Below are positions 12,481 to 25,438 of a stretch of DNA of 64,000 nucleotides, in pieces. A model generated the notes under the pieces. It searched no databases and was not told the origin of the DNA. It worked only from the letters and a program-made list of their open reading frames with translations. Source of the DNA: Botryllus schlosseri (taxonomy: Eukaryota); assembly GCA_051294905.1 (NCBI GenBank), contig CM119373.1, positions 5,272,001 through 5,336,000 on the forward strand, read 5' to 3'. A program made the position numbers and the translations under genes. Position 1 is the stretch's first letter. Each line of letters begins with the position of its first letter.

Positions 12481-13808
12481 CAGAGGTGGTCAGTAACAAA
12501 GTACTTCTACTTTTTCGAAGTACTCAAGTAGTTTTCCGGTACTTCTGGTACTTACTCAAGTAGATCTGATTTTCACTACTTCTACTTTTACTTCATAATA
12601 TTTTGTGATCTACTTACTTACTTTTCGCTATTTTCAGTTTGTCAAGTAGAAGTAGTTCAATCTTCCTAGCCTGAGGAATTTCGGGGCTGTTTTCATGGAG
12701 TATCAATAACATTTAATTTTCATAAAAGTTGAGTGAAGCCCAGAATTTTCGTCGCGCTTCGCGGGCAGTGGATCCGTTGTTACCAGTATGATTTCACTAA
12801 AGTATCGATGAATATAATTTTGGTAGCGAGTTGGCGTGGTTCCGTTCACACAGGGACATCTAGAACTAAATATTTAGATATGCCTGAGTTCACACCACAG
12901 TGTCGCTCTTCGCCCATATGAAATAATTCATCACAGTAATTCATCATAACGTTTGAAACTGATGTTTCGCAATCTAGCATTTCCTTGTCATATCGTAATC
13001 TAGCATGTTCATGGTGCGTCCTAACCTGGGAAAGTGGACTCTGACATTTTTTGTTAGTTTTAAAGCTGCCTCAGCCTACCACCTTTGAAACTTTCTGGAC
13101 TAAAGGGATGAAAAACGTGTTCCGCTTTTAGAAGTAGTATTTATGTCTCATTTCAATTCCCAGTATCATATACTTTGAGTTATAATTAATATCAGTTCTT
13201 TTGTCTGGATAACATACATGTTGAAGTATAAAAGCAAGTGTAGTAATGCCTATAATTTCCGGAAATAAAACTACACAATATGGCATTTTACGGTCCACCA
13301 TATTTTTTAATAACGTTTACTAATCGCGCAAAGTGTTTACACCGTATCCTATACAACTTCTCTGTATTGCTCTTCGACTAAACTACGGACCTCATAATAT
13401 GGGGGATGGCGACGTACCATGCTATTTTCTAAAACGTGCTGTTCGAGAAAACAGAGCATAAGTATTGCATTTCCATATCAATCCTATCATTTTCATCCCA
13501 TGATGTGGACGAATGCTTATGCTATCGAGAATTCGATACTACCTACTGGTATGCATCAATATGAATCAAGCTCGTCACCTTTCGCATAGCTCAATTTGCA
13601 CCTTTTTACAATCCATGTGAACGAATTAGGATCTTTTCACAACTACTTACTTACTTGAGTACTTTTGAAGTCAGCAAATTCTACTTCTACTTCAAGTAGT
13701 TTTAGGTTGCTTACGGAAGAAGTACTTCTACTCGTACTTGAGTAGATTTTTTCGTCGCTACTTCTACTTCTACTTGAGTAGCTTTCTTGACTACTTTGAC
13801 CACCTCTG
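12481..13808. mobile_element. Non-autonomous hAT element
   Basis: TIRs cagaggtggtca / tgaccacctctg; perfect 8-bp TSD GTAAATCA; subterminal (tactt/agta) repeats; related fragment at ~37930-38100. Confidence 0.9.
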
Positions 13809-14105
13809 GTAAATCATGTAATCGGCATGTTCAGTTGTCGAATTATGTTTTGGCGTCCTTGCAACGTGTGCAACTGACACATAAATTCTGATGGAGATAC
13901 TGTATTTCATAGGTATTTAGTGGGTTCTGTGTTCGTGAAACCACCCCAACAAATATCATATAGCTGTTATAAAAACATAACCCAATATAATACTCGCTCG
14001 CGGCGGTGATGTATGACCCTAAGCATCGATGTGCAATTGAGCATTTAATTCAGTGTCAAGGTACAATTTGATACTTGAAGGGGCCGCTTACATGATTTAC
14101 ATATA

Positions 14106-14948
14106 CAGGGGAGGGCAACTTCTCCAGTCATATTGCCTGATATAGGAGAATCAAGTACTTGGCGGGTTGGATTGCTGAATCGATACAGTATTCGCCCATT
14201 TAGCCACTTATACAAGTAATAAATCGTATTTAATGAATGTATTTTAACAACAGTAATGTCAGTTCAAATCCAATTCTTGTCGATAATGACGAAAACAATG
14301 TGGATTTGAGAACAGCATTGTCATACAGGCGCCGCCATTGTCTGCTTCTCTCTGATCAATTATCACACGATGAAAGATTTCAAGGCGTTCGATAACCCGG
14401 TACCCCAAATTTACCCAGATATTAATTCATTACGGTTAAGTAGGTGACGAGATAGCGTAGTGGTATCATCCACGGCAACAACACTAATGGGTTGTGGGAT
14501 CGAGTCCGATCGAGGTTGACTCCAGCATTCCTGCCCAGGTGCTGGATGTACATCTAGGCCCCTCCTCGCCATCGCATGTGTATTGTGTATAGATGTTGTC
14601 TTATAAATCCCTAAATGTGTGCCATGCTACAAATCGGTGGTTACAGAATGAAAAATAAGAAATATTGGCCTGGTGTGACCATTGTAGTCGACAAACACCA
14701 TGATTACCACAAACAAAATTAGGGTTTACTAAATCGTGAATGCCGATAATGCAAGTCGCTTCGACGAACTTGCGTGTAAGCTCCACTCTCGCACGCTGCG
14801 CGCAAACGTATATAAATAGCACACGCAAGTAGTAGGGAATATCGGCATACTTCCACATTATCATGTAAGACGGGAAATTGTGAGCGGGCCTGACAAAATC
14901 CCGTCGCGGGCCGGATCCGGCACGCGGGACGTATGTTGCCCGCCCCTC
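14106..14948 (+). mobile_element. hAT MITE carrying an internal SINE A (~14445-14715)
   Basis: caggggagggcaac / gttgcccgcccct ends; SINE head with A-box TAGCGTAGTGG (14453-14463) and B-box-like GGATCGAGTCC; sister copy at 47479-48339. Confidence 0.75.
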
Positions 14949-16963
14949 AGCTATATTGATGGAATCTGGCAAATTCACATGTTTCCCACCCATTGTGGAC
15001 TTACATTGTCTGGGAATTTACGCAGAGTAATATCGAACTTACTGCTAGTTATACATGGCAATTAGCTGTTATCCCGATGCTAGAAAAATAGTATGGGCAT
15101 TAGATCGTCACAGAAAAATATCTATAGAAGTCTACCGACAGAGCAGGTACAAGTAATGTCAATGTGTGCCGCAAGAAGGCTTGTACTGGTCCGCATGGTA
15201 CTCATACTTTGCTACTTTGCCTTTATTTTGAATCTGGAATATGCATGCGAGGTACGTATAGGCAGCGTAATCGGGACATATTAATGAACAGGCATGAAAT
15301 TCAACCAATTTCCTGTTCACTTTATACAGCATGTGGTTTTAGTTCACACAACAACATTCAAAAGTAGGTTTTATATTTTTAATTCCAAACAACCATTCGC
15401 GGGTCGCACAGAATAACTCTGCGAGCCGAATTTGGCATGTCTGCCGCACTTTGCCCAGGTCTGGTCTACAGTGTACAATGCTCAGTGTACATGCAAGACA
15501 ACGACTATTTTTATAATGATAAATGAAAAAAACGGTTCGACAGACCAATACGAATTTTCACTGTTTACAGCAGTATGAAGTGAAATAAAACATTGTAAAG
15601 ATATCTAATGGATCTAACGTACTTATTAAATGTGAACGAATAACACCGAATATGGTTCTTTTATGGTTGTGTGTTTGCTGGGATGGGACATCGTAATGCA
15701 AATCATAAATTCCGAGATGTTCAAATTATTTTTGATCCCTATTATTCCAATAGCTACAGGAATACAATCAGTATGGTAAGCTACTGCACTGTTGACCTTC
15801 ATCCAGAAGGTATTTTGCAGCCTAAATTAACGCAGTGTGCTCTAGGTAACGATTGTGCCGTATTTATGATTCACAGCACGAAATCCACTTCCGTAAACAG
15901 TGCAATTCGTACAAGTTCTCAATATAGATATTTGCAACTCATGATCACGCGTATTTGGCAGGTTATTTCAAAATTTAACTTTCCCGTTCTACAGGTTTTG
16001 TTAACAGTAACTTTTAACAAGGCGAAAAGATGGACGCCGTTTCATTGCTCTCTGCAATGTTGAAATTCACTGTATTGTTTATGGCGGTTACGAGTTCAAC
16101 TGGTGAGTTGATTATTGAACCAGATATTTTGCTAATAATCTGATCAATGTGAGCATCCAATGGATGTTTAACAATTATAACACGAAACTCATCATCTGCA
16201 TTAATATTTCAATGTCCTCATCATCATTGTAGATAAGTGACAACTGTTAAGCACCAGTTTTCTTAACCTTCTTGCTAGCGCGAATCCCTATTGTGGGGGC
16301 GGAGAGAAAAAAAAAACAGAGAAAAGTATGACAGCTTCGTCACTAAAAAAGGTCATCACTTTAGATTGCCACCAGTGCGCAATTTGAGATAGATGTTTTA
16401 AATGAAATGCAGTAGTATAGATTTATACATTGGCCTTTGACTAGTCCTTTTCCGAGGGTCTGATTCAGCAATATTCACGAAATATGCGCAACTGTATCGG
16501 GAACATTGCGTATCGTTCCGGGTTATGTTTGCGTGTGTAAACTGTGTATTGTATGAATTTATATGTATTGTGTTGTGCTGGTTAGCATAAGACTGTTTCG
16601 AGACTAATGGAAAATGGTTCGTCACAATGTTTATGAAACAGTCATCCTTGCTATACCCAGATTGAATATGGTGTCATACCATGGAATGTTTTATCTGCAT
16701 CCATAGTCGTCGAGCCGACGAAATTATCCTATGGTTATACCATCTGACATCGAGTCATTTATTACGTAGCAATTTACTGTAACTGCAGTGTGGATATTCA
16801 GCTGATGTCCCTATAGGCTTAATGTGTGGCATTTAGCCAGTCCTAAACGATTATCATTTTAGAATGCTCTGGGTGCTACGCCATTAGTAGATTTGCAAAC
16901 CAAACATAAATGTGATTAAAAGTTGTTCCATTTTAGTATATTGCAAAACTCGAAGACGCTCAG

Positions 16964-17110
16964 CAAGATAGCGTAACGATGAAGCAACCGGCTTCTTGAT
17001 CGGTAGGTCGTGGGTTCGATCTCCAGCCGGGTCAGACCAAAGACCCGAATAGTAACACTCGCATCCATGACTTCCTCGCTTGGCACTCATGCAATACTGG
17101 TATAACATGG
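16964..17110 (+). mobile_element. tRNA-derived SINE family B (second copy at ~44978-45080)
   Basis: agatagcgta...ggttcgatc...gggtcagacc head shared between the two loci. Confidence 0.55.
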
Positions 17111-17182
17111 AGGGGTGGTGCAAGACTTAAAGAGCCGTACAAGGCTATATATGCACCTTCCTTGTTCAGGATATATGCACAT

Positions 17183-17628
17183 TAGGGCTGTTCAGAAATA
17201 ACTTTTTTCCGCATTCCAGCCATTCACTGATTAAATTGTCAGGTTACCTGAAAAACGCGGCACAAAATTTGATTCAATTCTAACAAGTATAAGGCTCCGC
17301 AGATCCAATTAAAATTATCCACCAATCAAGGATAATCCTATAATTATCAACGAAAAACTCGAATAACTCGGCTTCTACCAGTTGGAATTGAGTCAAATTT
17401 GTTTTGCATGATATTTGAAGCCCGCTCAACAATTTTATGAGATTGACAGAAAATTTGTTTTTTTTTAAATTTTCCCTAATAAATTGAAAATTTTAATTGG
17501 ATCAGCGGAGTCATATACTTATCAGAATTGAACCAAATTTTGTGTAAAGCGTTTTTCGGGGTAACCAAACAATTTAATCAGTGAATGGCTGGAATCCAGG
17601 AAAAAAGGTATATTTTTGAACAGCCCTA
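17183..17628. mobile_element. Palindromic hAT-like MITE
   Basis: tagggctgttca / tgaacagcccta with long inverted arms; TSD atgcacat/aagcacat; related longer copy starts at 41538. Confidence 0.85.
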
Positions 17629-18244
17629 AAGCACATCATGCACTCATGGTATGCATATGCGCAGATCGTGTGTATGTATATCCTGAGTAGGTGTATATGC
17701 CGCAAAATATCATGGACAAAAATAAACTACGTCGTTTCCTTCTCTCCATCCATCAAATCAATAATGTGTTTACTGCAACAAAACCTATTGCTATTTCAAG
17801 TCATTCATGTAAAATGTATATTTTGATCATACTACAGGGAAGTCAATGCAGGCGAACAATGCGATAACGTGGTAAGTCATATGAATGTTTCATTGATTAT
17901 ATATATATAGCAGTGACATGTGGTCAGAGGAGGCTAGGGATGCGGTGCCTCACCTCTCGTCACGACGAGTATAAAGATAATTGTGACATAATTAATGAAT
18001 ATAACACCAATAATTATATGTACAGTAGCCTACTTCTGTACAGTTCATGAATAACTAATTTCTTCATTTTTTTCACCAGCAATAATTGCACATGGATATG
18101 GATATGGCAATTTAATTTCAGGCAATATTCCAATTAGAAATTCCTTACCACATAATCAACCCATTCTGTAAAGTTTCCGAGCATGAAATGATTAGGGAGC
18201 TGATTTCATTGTTGAAAAATTTGGAGTTTAATCGTCTTGGGTAG

Positions 18245-19238
18245 TAGAGATGGTGTGAACCTCTGAAAGGTTCAGGTTCGTGTGAACGCGAACCTTTTAG
18301 AAAGGTTCTTTGTGAACGCTAACGTGAACCTCCTGACGTCACGTGACGTCATATTGCTAATTCCAACCGACGTCTCAGGCCATATAATGCCACAATGGTA
18401 AAGTACATATACTGACTTTTTAAACGTCGCCAAATATATCAAATGGGGCAATCAAATGATATAATGATCTCATAAAATCAATATGATTCGTCACTTTGCC
18501 CACGATTTCGACGAGGATTTGCAAAGGAATAAAAGATTACACCTTAACCAACGTTCCCTCTAAGCTGCGCACGTGCGCAAATGCGCAGTGCTGACTCGGT
18601 CTCTGCGCACAGAAAATCCGAAGTGATGACCTTTTTTTAGTCGTTACGCGCTGTTGTCCAAGGGTCTGCGTAGTGAGTTGGTGAGTGTGCGCAAACTCGT
18701 CAAAAATTAGAGAGAACATTGGCCTTAACTGTCTAGTCCTGGCCAGACTGGACAATGTATCCGGCTACTTGAATCGTTGATGTTGAGCAGAGTGTAAAAC
18801 AGGCTTATCAGACAACGATATCAATGTGATTGATTAATTTAATAAGCATCATTCGCTGACTACCTACAGGTCGCGTATTTTGCTCTTGATGTTGTGTAAA
18901 TGCGGGTCAAGCTCATAGCAGAGAGTCACTAAATATTCACAAACGGACAGCTGGATATTTCGAGCAAATCTTTGGAACAAAGCAAGTAAAATATTTGATA
19001 TTGCCGAGGTGCATGCTCGTTAGTACTGATTTTTTTGCTGCCAGCGCCATGTACAGAGTGACAGCAGTTGAAATGCAGTAAATTTCAACCAAAGATTTTC
19101 TAACGACGTCAAAATTGTAATATATGAAAAGGTTCAAAGTGCAGAACCGACCAAGGTTCGTTTGTGAACGTGAACCTCTAAATTTTTGAGGTTCACACAC
19201 AGAACGCGAACGTGAACCTCACGTTCACACCATCCCTA
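18245..19238 (+). mobile_element. hAT-like MITE with gtgaac repeats; small nested MITE at ~18550-18721
   Basis: tagagatggtgtgaac / gttcacaccatcccta; TSD ttgggtag/ctgggtag; empty site in the paralog at ~3308; inverted sister copy at ~21950-22789. Confidence 0.85.
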
Positions 19239-19436
19239 CTGGGTAGGCAATAAAATCAAACAGAAATACTCCCAATGGGGTCGGTTTGATTTTTTCGTTT
19301 TTTCGTCGGTCGGGTTGCATCGGTACTTTATTCGTTGTCCTGCATCAGCCTACAAACAGTTTGACCAACACTGGATTAAACAATCCAAGCGTGGTTATAT
19401 AATGCGCTGTCGACTGTGCCAGCCAACGGTGTATTT

Positions 19437-20134
19437 CAGGGCCGGCCAACCGGTGGCCCGCGGGCCACATGTGACCCGCGAGAAGGTTTTGAGTGGCCCA
19501 CGAGGTAATTTCCGAAATTTCTTATATCATCAAAAATGGATTGCACAGATTGTGAACTTGCAAGGCCAACCAAAAATTTGATTAGTCTGGCAGCAACACT
19601 TGAGATGTGATGACTAAAATATCAGTTCCGACGCATTGACAGATCCCATTCTCATATAGGTATATCTTCGTACACTGCGATAGATTTATCAAAGGTGAAA
19701 ATTTTCTACAAGCTTGGCGCAACACGTTTTCACTCGATTTCTTGTTTTCAATATTGTTGCCCGTTAGTGAAAATGGAAGAACACCTAATGTATCAGATTG
19801 AGTCTAGCTAAAATCGCGATTACGAGACAAAGTGTCATTCAACATATGCGACATTGCGTTTGCTCTCGCAGTAATACCGTTGACTATGAAACCTAGGCAC
19901 GAAATGATTGACGCATGTTGGTAGCATCTTTCGATATCGATATGTCCATGCGCCGAATAACCCAGTCCTCGCAAACTTAGCTCAGCGATATACAACAGGC
20001 CCGCAATATAGTCAAGTGACAATATTATTGACCTATGAACTTCAAAAAATTTTCGCGCTTGGCGCGGCTAGTGGCCCGCGCAATAATTCGGCAATCGAAT
20101 GTGACCCGTTGGCTGAAAAGGTTGGCCAGCCCTG
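19437..20134 (+). mobile_element. hAT MITE
   Basis: cagggccggccaacc / ggttggccagccctg; perfect TSD GTGTATTT; empty site in the paralog at ~3504. Confidence 0.9.
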
Positions 20135-20845
20135 GTGTATTTTGAGTCGTGTAGTGGCGACTGCAACACGTAATGTAGTGTAGTGCAAACACATTCACTT
20201 ACTGATACATCTGTTTTGTATTTTCCGTAGAAACCTATATAACTTCAATTGTGTAGCCTGCGTGTGAAGGGTGCCTATGTGATAAGATTCCACTCGCTAA
20301 CCTAACTGAATCAGCTACCATTCTGGGTATATATATTTATAAGTCTAAAGCTAAACGTTCAGTGCATCACCCACCATGAACCACACCGCACGTCACTGAT
20401 ATATAGTATGTAGGGTAGGCCTATACAATATACATCTATGAGGGTTATATAAGGGTGTCTACTAATATAGTGTTTCTTTTCCACTTTCAACAGGATATCA
20501 CCAGTGAGTCTGCATATTCAATGGTTTGGATAGCATATGATCGCCTGATATTTCCAACCGGGAATCGCGACCGGCTGCTCGTGGTTTTGCAATGCGCCGT
20601 TTCGTATAACAGTCACGACGGAGTCATCTATATTCACGAGAGTCCTGTTTCTACAATACTACCGTCTTCCGCGTAGTAACTCTCTATTGATCTGGCCACA
20701 CTAGTACGGCAATTTATGAACTAGGAAATTGCATGGGTAGAGCTAGGCAAATTTACCGCATTGTTAATATGATGCATTTACGGGGCAGTTCCAACCCGAT
20801 AAATGTAGTGTATATCAACGAGTAACTACAATTATCGTTGTAAAC

Positions 20846-21670
20846 CATGGGTGTCCAACCTTTTTGGCCAAAGGGCCACATGAGATTTACGAACCATTGC
20901 GCAGTCCTCTTGAATATTAATGACCTTTATTTAGTCGTCCGATAAGAGCGAACAAAATTAGGTAACGTGGAAAACAAGACTTATATGACTACGCTTTAAA
21001 ATTGAACAATTATGTCATGAAAACTCTGTGTGCAACTGGGCAGTGTCCTGGTCGCGCGAGGCGCGAAATTATGTCAAAGGTAATGAATGAATTCGATAAA
21101 TAGATATTTTACTTGCATATATTGAGGGTCGCCTCTGTATACCAGTGGGCTCATTTGGCAAGGAAAGGAATATTCATGCGTTTAGACATAGCAATATCGA
21201 AGGTTTCGGTGAACATGCCTCTCTCATTTTGTGCAAGTGTTTCATCGCCGACGATCTCGCTGCGAGCGCACAAGCAATGCCGCATGTCGCACGACACGTT
21301 ATCTCCTAATTGCGAATATAGTTAGACTCAAGTATGTAAATTACGCGTATTTTTAGTTTTCGGGAGGGGGCTCCAATGCTAGAGGCAAGAAATCGAACGA
21401 GAATAAATCATGCGACGTGCTAAGAAAAAATTCAAGTCAAATCAGTCTGCCTCGAAATATATTCTACTTAATGGTCATATACGAAGATATGCGATAAGTG
21501 TGGCTGGTCCCTGGTTACGTCAATGCGTCGGGACTGATGTTTTAGTCATCATCAAATTTTACGGTGAGGCTAATCATATTTTGATTGGCCTTTCAAGTTT
21601 ACCTGATGTTATAACTGATTTCGATAATTACCTCGCGGCACACACAAACCCTACTCGCGGGCCACATTAG
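20846..21670 (-). mobile_element. hAT MITE, inverted relative of 52007-52859
   Basis: Reverse-complement similarity to 52007-52859 along most of its length. Confidence 0.65.
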
Positions 21671-21949
21671 TATCCACACAATAACATTAATCCAACTTCT
21701 GGAAGCGAGGCTTCGATTCTTTACCATTCACCCTCGCTTGCTTATTCTTTCAACGTTTTGTTATTCCAAACAAAACCACGGTTGCATGAATAAAATAGAT
21801 AGCACATTTGAGTGACCCATTGAAAGTGTCACTGCGCTATCGATCAATTAGAAAATACAATCATCAAAAATCCTCCCTAATGCGTAGAAGATTGTGAAAG
21901 TTTGAATTCTTATCAAGATGGGACTTGTGAAATCGTGGGCAGCTTTTTC

Positions 21950-22789
21950 TAGGATGGTGTGAACGTGAGTTTGACGTTCGCGTTCTGTGTATGAACCTCA
22001 GAAATTTAGAGGTTCTCGTTTGCAAATGAACTTTGGTAGGCTCTGCACTGTGAACCTTTTTCATGCATTACAATTTCTGATGTCATTATAACATCTTTGG
22101 TTTAAATTCCTTGCATTTGAACTTCAGACCACTCTGTGCCAGGCGCTGGCTGCACAAAAAAATCAACATTGAACGAGCATGCACCTCCACTCAAAAATTG
22201 TACTTGCTTTGTTATAAAGATTTGCTCGAAATCTTCTGCCTTCCGTTTGTAAATATTCAGTGACTCACTAGTGTGAGCATGACCGGCAATCACACAACAT
22301 CAAGAACTAAATACGCTACATGTATAGGTTGTCAGCAAATAATGCTTATTCAACCAATCATTGAAATTGATTGAAGACGTTGTTGTCTACTGTATAAATG
22401 TATAGTAATGGTAAGACGACGAATACATTGTCCTGTCTGGCCTAAACCGTTATGGCGTAAGCTCCTTGTCGAAATTGCTGGCAAGGCGACTGAAGATATT
22501 GATTTTATAGGAATATTATAGCATTTGATTGCTTCAGTTGATACATTTGGTGACGTTTAAAAATTCAGTATGTACTTCAGCATTGTGATATAATGTGGCT
22601 TGAGTCGTCGCTATGTATCGTGTACACTGTACAGTACATTAATACATCACTTTACTGAAATGAAGGGTTTTAATTAGCAATATGACGTCACGTGACGCCA
22701 TTAGGTTCACGTTCGCGTTCACACAGAACCTTTCAAAAAGGTTCGCGTTCACCCTAGCCTGAACCTTTTAGGGGTTCGTGCCATCCCTA
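21950..22789 (-). mobile_element. Inverted copy of the 18245 MITE family
   Basis: taggatggtgtgaacgtga...gccatcccta; internal reverse-complement similarity. Confidence 0.75.
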
Positions 22790-22843
22790 ATGCTGATGTT
22801 ACTGAAGTGCATGCACGTGTATTGATATGAAGTTTCCACTCAC

Positions 22844-22953
22844 GTGTATGAGTTGGTTGTTCCATCAACCCATTCAAACACCCTGTCGACGTTGCGATCA
22901 TTCAACCCAATCCATAGTTCATCGTCAAGCCTTGAGATTCTCCATAAGAACGC
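22844..22953 (-). CDS. C-type lectin domain exon (isolated; possibly pseudogenic)
   Basis: tttacag|AFLWRISRLDDELWIGLNDRNVDRVFEWVDGTTNSYT|gtgagt; canonical WIGLND and FEWVDG motifs; phase 0 to phase 2, as is typical for CTLD middle exons. Confidence 0.8.
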
Positions 22954-23706
22954 CTGTAAAGAAGGTAGAAATATACAGGATCTGAATTGTGGATTCTCAC
23001 CGGACAGGAATCCGGCAAGTTTATCGAAACAGGATTGAATCCGGATCAAGACAAGATTTATTTTGAAGTTTCAGCTGGTGGACAACATTCAACATCTGTA
23101 TCCAGTCGCCGGCCGTACTATATTAAATTGAGATTATAAGCGAAATCGCAACATTACTATTTAATTATTACATAGGGGGCGAGGAAACATGGATATATTA
23201 TATTTAAAACACAACAGACATTAATGTAATGATAACGTACATTAAGGCTGGTCATTCTAAATAAGCAATTCGTGAAACTTAGATACGAAAGTCGGTTGTG
23301 CCTAGGGTTGCATTTATACCAATAATCAATATGAAACAAACGCGTTTACAACATGGGCCTTGTTTAAAACATGGCCCTTGTTTAAAACATGTTTTTTATT
23401 GTTTTGTTTTTTCATCCATGACGTCACGAATGTAATATTGTGACTGTGGATTGGTATTGACAATTGGAAATATCAAGTAAATATGGGTGGAAAATATTAC
23501 GAAAAGGGCTTCCAATCACTGTCATAAACAGACCAAAAATATATTTAACCTGGACTACATCTAAATGCAGCATGCGTACGGTCGGCAGTCATCATCATCA
23601 GGGCACCCTTTCCGTACCAGAATCCGTACCTACTTGCTATATGTGTGGAACCAACGACAATTTCGAGGGTTCCAGCCACTCCATGCCCTATACTTCATCT
23701 GGAGTG

Positions 23707-24000
23707 GATGCAAATCGTCCGTAGGCTCTTTACTGCATTGTTTCGAAAGTATTTTTACACAATCATAGCATAATTATTCAATGTTTGAAAAAAGTGGTTA
23801 CCAACGGGGGAGATATCGTCCCCATTGGCGATTTTCAGTAACATCGGGGTGATCAACTAAAGTTGATGCAAATCGTCCGCAGGCTCTTACTGCATTGTTT
23901 CGAAAGTATTTTTACACAATCATAGAATAATTATTTAATGTTTGAAAAAGTGGTTGCCAACGGGGGCGATATCGTCCCCCATTGGCAATTTTCAGTAACA
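23707..24000 (+). repeat. Tandem duplication, ~160-bp period
   Basis: gatgcaaatcgtccg...ttttcagtaaca occurs twice (~23707 and ~23865). Confidence 0.85.
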
Positions 24001-24497
24001 AGGGGGGGGGGGGGATACCGCAGGGTCGAATGGGGGCGATAAGGAGCGAAAATGTAAGAAAGTTCAGTGATATATATTCAATTAACACGGTCAAAAAATA
24101 CATGCGAAGACGGTTTATTCTGCATATGACGCGAAGAAAAGGGTTGGATAAACAGAGAGTGAACGCTTAAACCGGTTTCCCAAGCACCTACCACCGTAAA
24201 ATGGCATTTTTTTAGTAAATTTACCAGCGATCAGAGTTGTGTGACTAAATTTTCCGATTATATGTCCTCTTTGTCGGATTAGTAAATACAGAGATCGAAA
24301 ATATGTGTCGAGATTGATACGGGGACGATGAGTCAAAGAAGGTTGGGAACCACTGAACTTAGATTTTAACATTACGCAGTTGAACACAGGATCCGGCTTC
24401 CGTTCTATCAAAGGGTATCTGATCCTAATCATGTACATCTCTAAAAGACGGTCACGATTTACCCTGCAAGAAATAACCAGGCACCATGGATGACGTG

Positions 24498-25438
24498 AGT
24501 AGTATAGTAGATCGGTCGCGAATCGCGCTTTTTTGCATGGGTAGTATAGGGTGCGGCGGTGAGGTGCCTGAAAACTCGTCCTGAACCGGTGACCCTTTTA
24601 GACCCCCCTATCGCTGGTGACTTGCCATGTGTTCTTATGGATGCGGTGATGAGGTGACCCCTCGCTGATGACTTTGGCGGTTGAAATCTGTGAGTTGACG
24701 ACACCCCCCTTCCACCCGACCGGTGCCTTATGAGTATAGGGATCTCTCGACCGGTGCCTCGAAACTCGTCTTGAACCGGTGACCCTTTTCGGTATAGGGA
24801 TCACTCAACCGGTGCTAGTATAGCCATCTCTCGACCGGTAACCCTTTTCGGTATAGGGATCACTCGACCGGTGCCGAGAAAACGCGTCTTGAACCGGTGA
24901 CCCTTTTCGGTATATGCATCACTCAACCGGTGTTGAATATGTATCAAGTAAATAGTCATGTGAATGAATCTTTGTTAATGCGTATATCGTGAAAACTCGT
25001 GGTCGTGACTCGCCTTTTTTACTATAGGTGGTGACGGTGATTCGCCTGCCGTGTATTCTTACGGGATCTGTGGTGACTCGCCATGTGTTCTTATGGGTGC
25101 GGTCGCATGCGGCTATTGGGTCTTATGGCGGGGGTGGCGAGCGGCTATTGCGTCTTATGGGTGCGGTCGCATGCGGCTATTGTGTCTTATGGGTGCGGCC
25201 GTGAATCGCCCTTTCGGTATAGGCATCTCTCGCACGTCGTACTTTCGCATGTCGTGCTTTCGCGTATACGCTGTGTTGGTGATTCGCCATGTGTTCTTAT
25301 GGGCGTGGCGGTGATTCGTACTTTCGAGTATAGGCATCTCTCGACCGGTGTTGAATATGTATCAAGTAAATAGTCATGTGAATGAACCTTTGTTAATGTG
25401 TATATCGTGAAAACTCGTGGTCGTGACTCGCCTTTTTT
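24498..25438. repeat. GC-rich internally repetitive block starting AGTAGT; candidate Polinton/Maverick terminal repeat
   Basis: Starts AGTAGTATAGTAG; repeated accggtgacccttttcggtatagggatc and tcttatgggtgcgg units; a ~95-bp direct repeat at ~24926 and ~25344. Confidence 0.5.

Larger units (their letters stand above)
16030..20503 (+). pseudogene. Truncated tandem paralog of the 5' part of the pentraxin gene. Exons 16030-16102 (signal peptide), 17838-17871, 20494-20503.
   Basis: The ATG exon MDAVSLLSAMLKFTVLFMAVTSST ends at G|gtgagt. Exon 2 is 34 nt versus 35 nt in the first copy (frameshift). The microexon GATATCACCA|gtgagt is conserved and the introns resemble ~1250-4520. No stalk or pentraxin exons are seen downstream. 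Confidence 0.7.

Noticed and set aside
14445..14525. tRNA gene
   Set aside because: A/B boxes are present, but it continues into a dispersed repeat body and tail; it is a SINE head.
20455..20676. 73-aa ORF conserved with 4352-4520
   Set aside because: The paralogous sequence has two in-frame stops; the similarity is duplicated intron after the 10-nt microexon.
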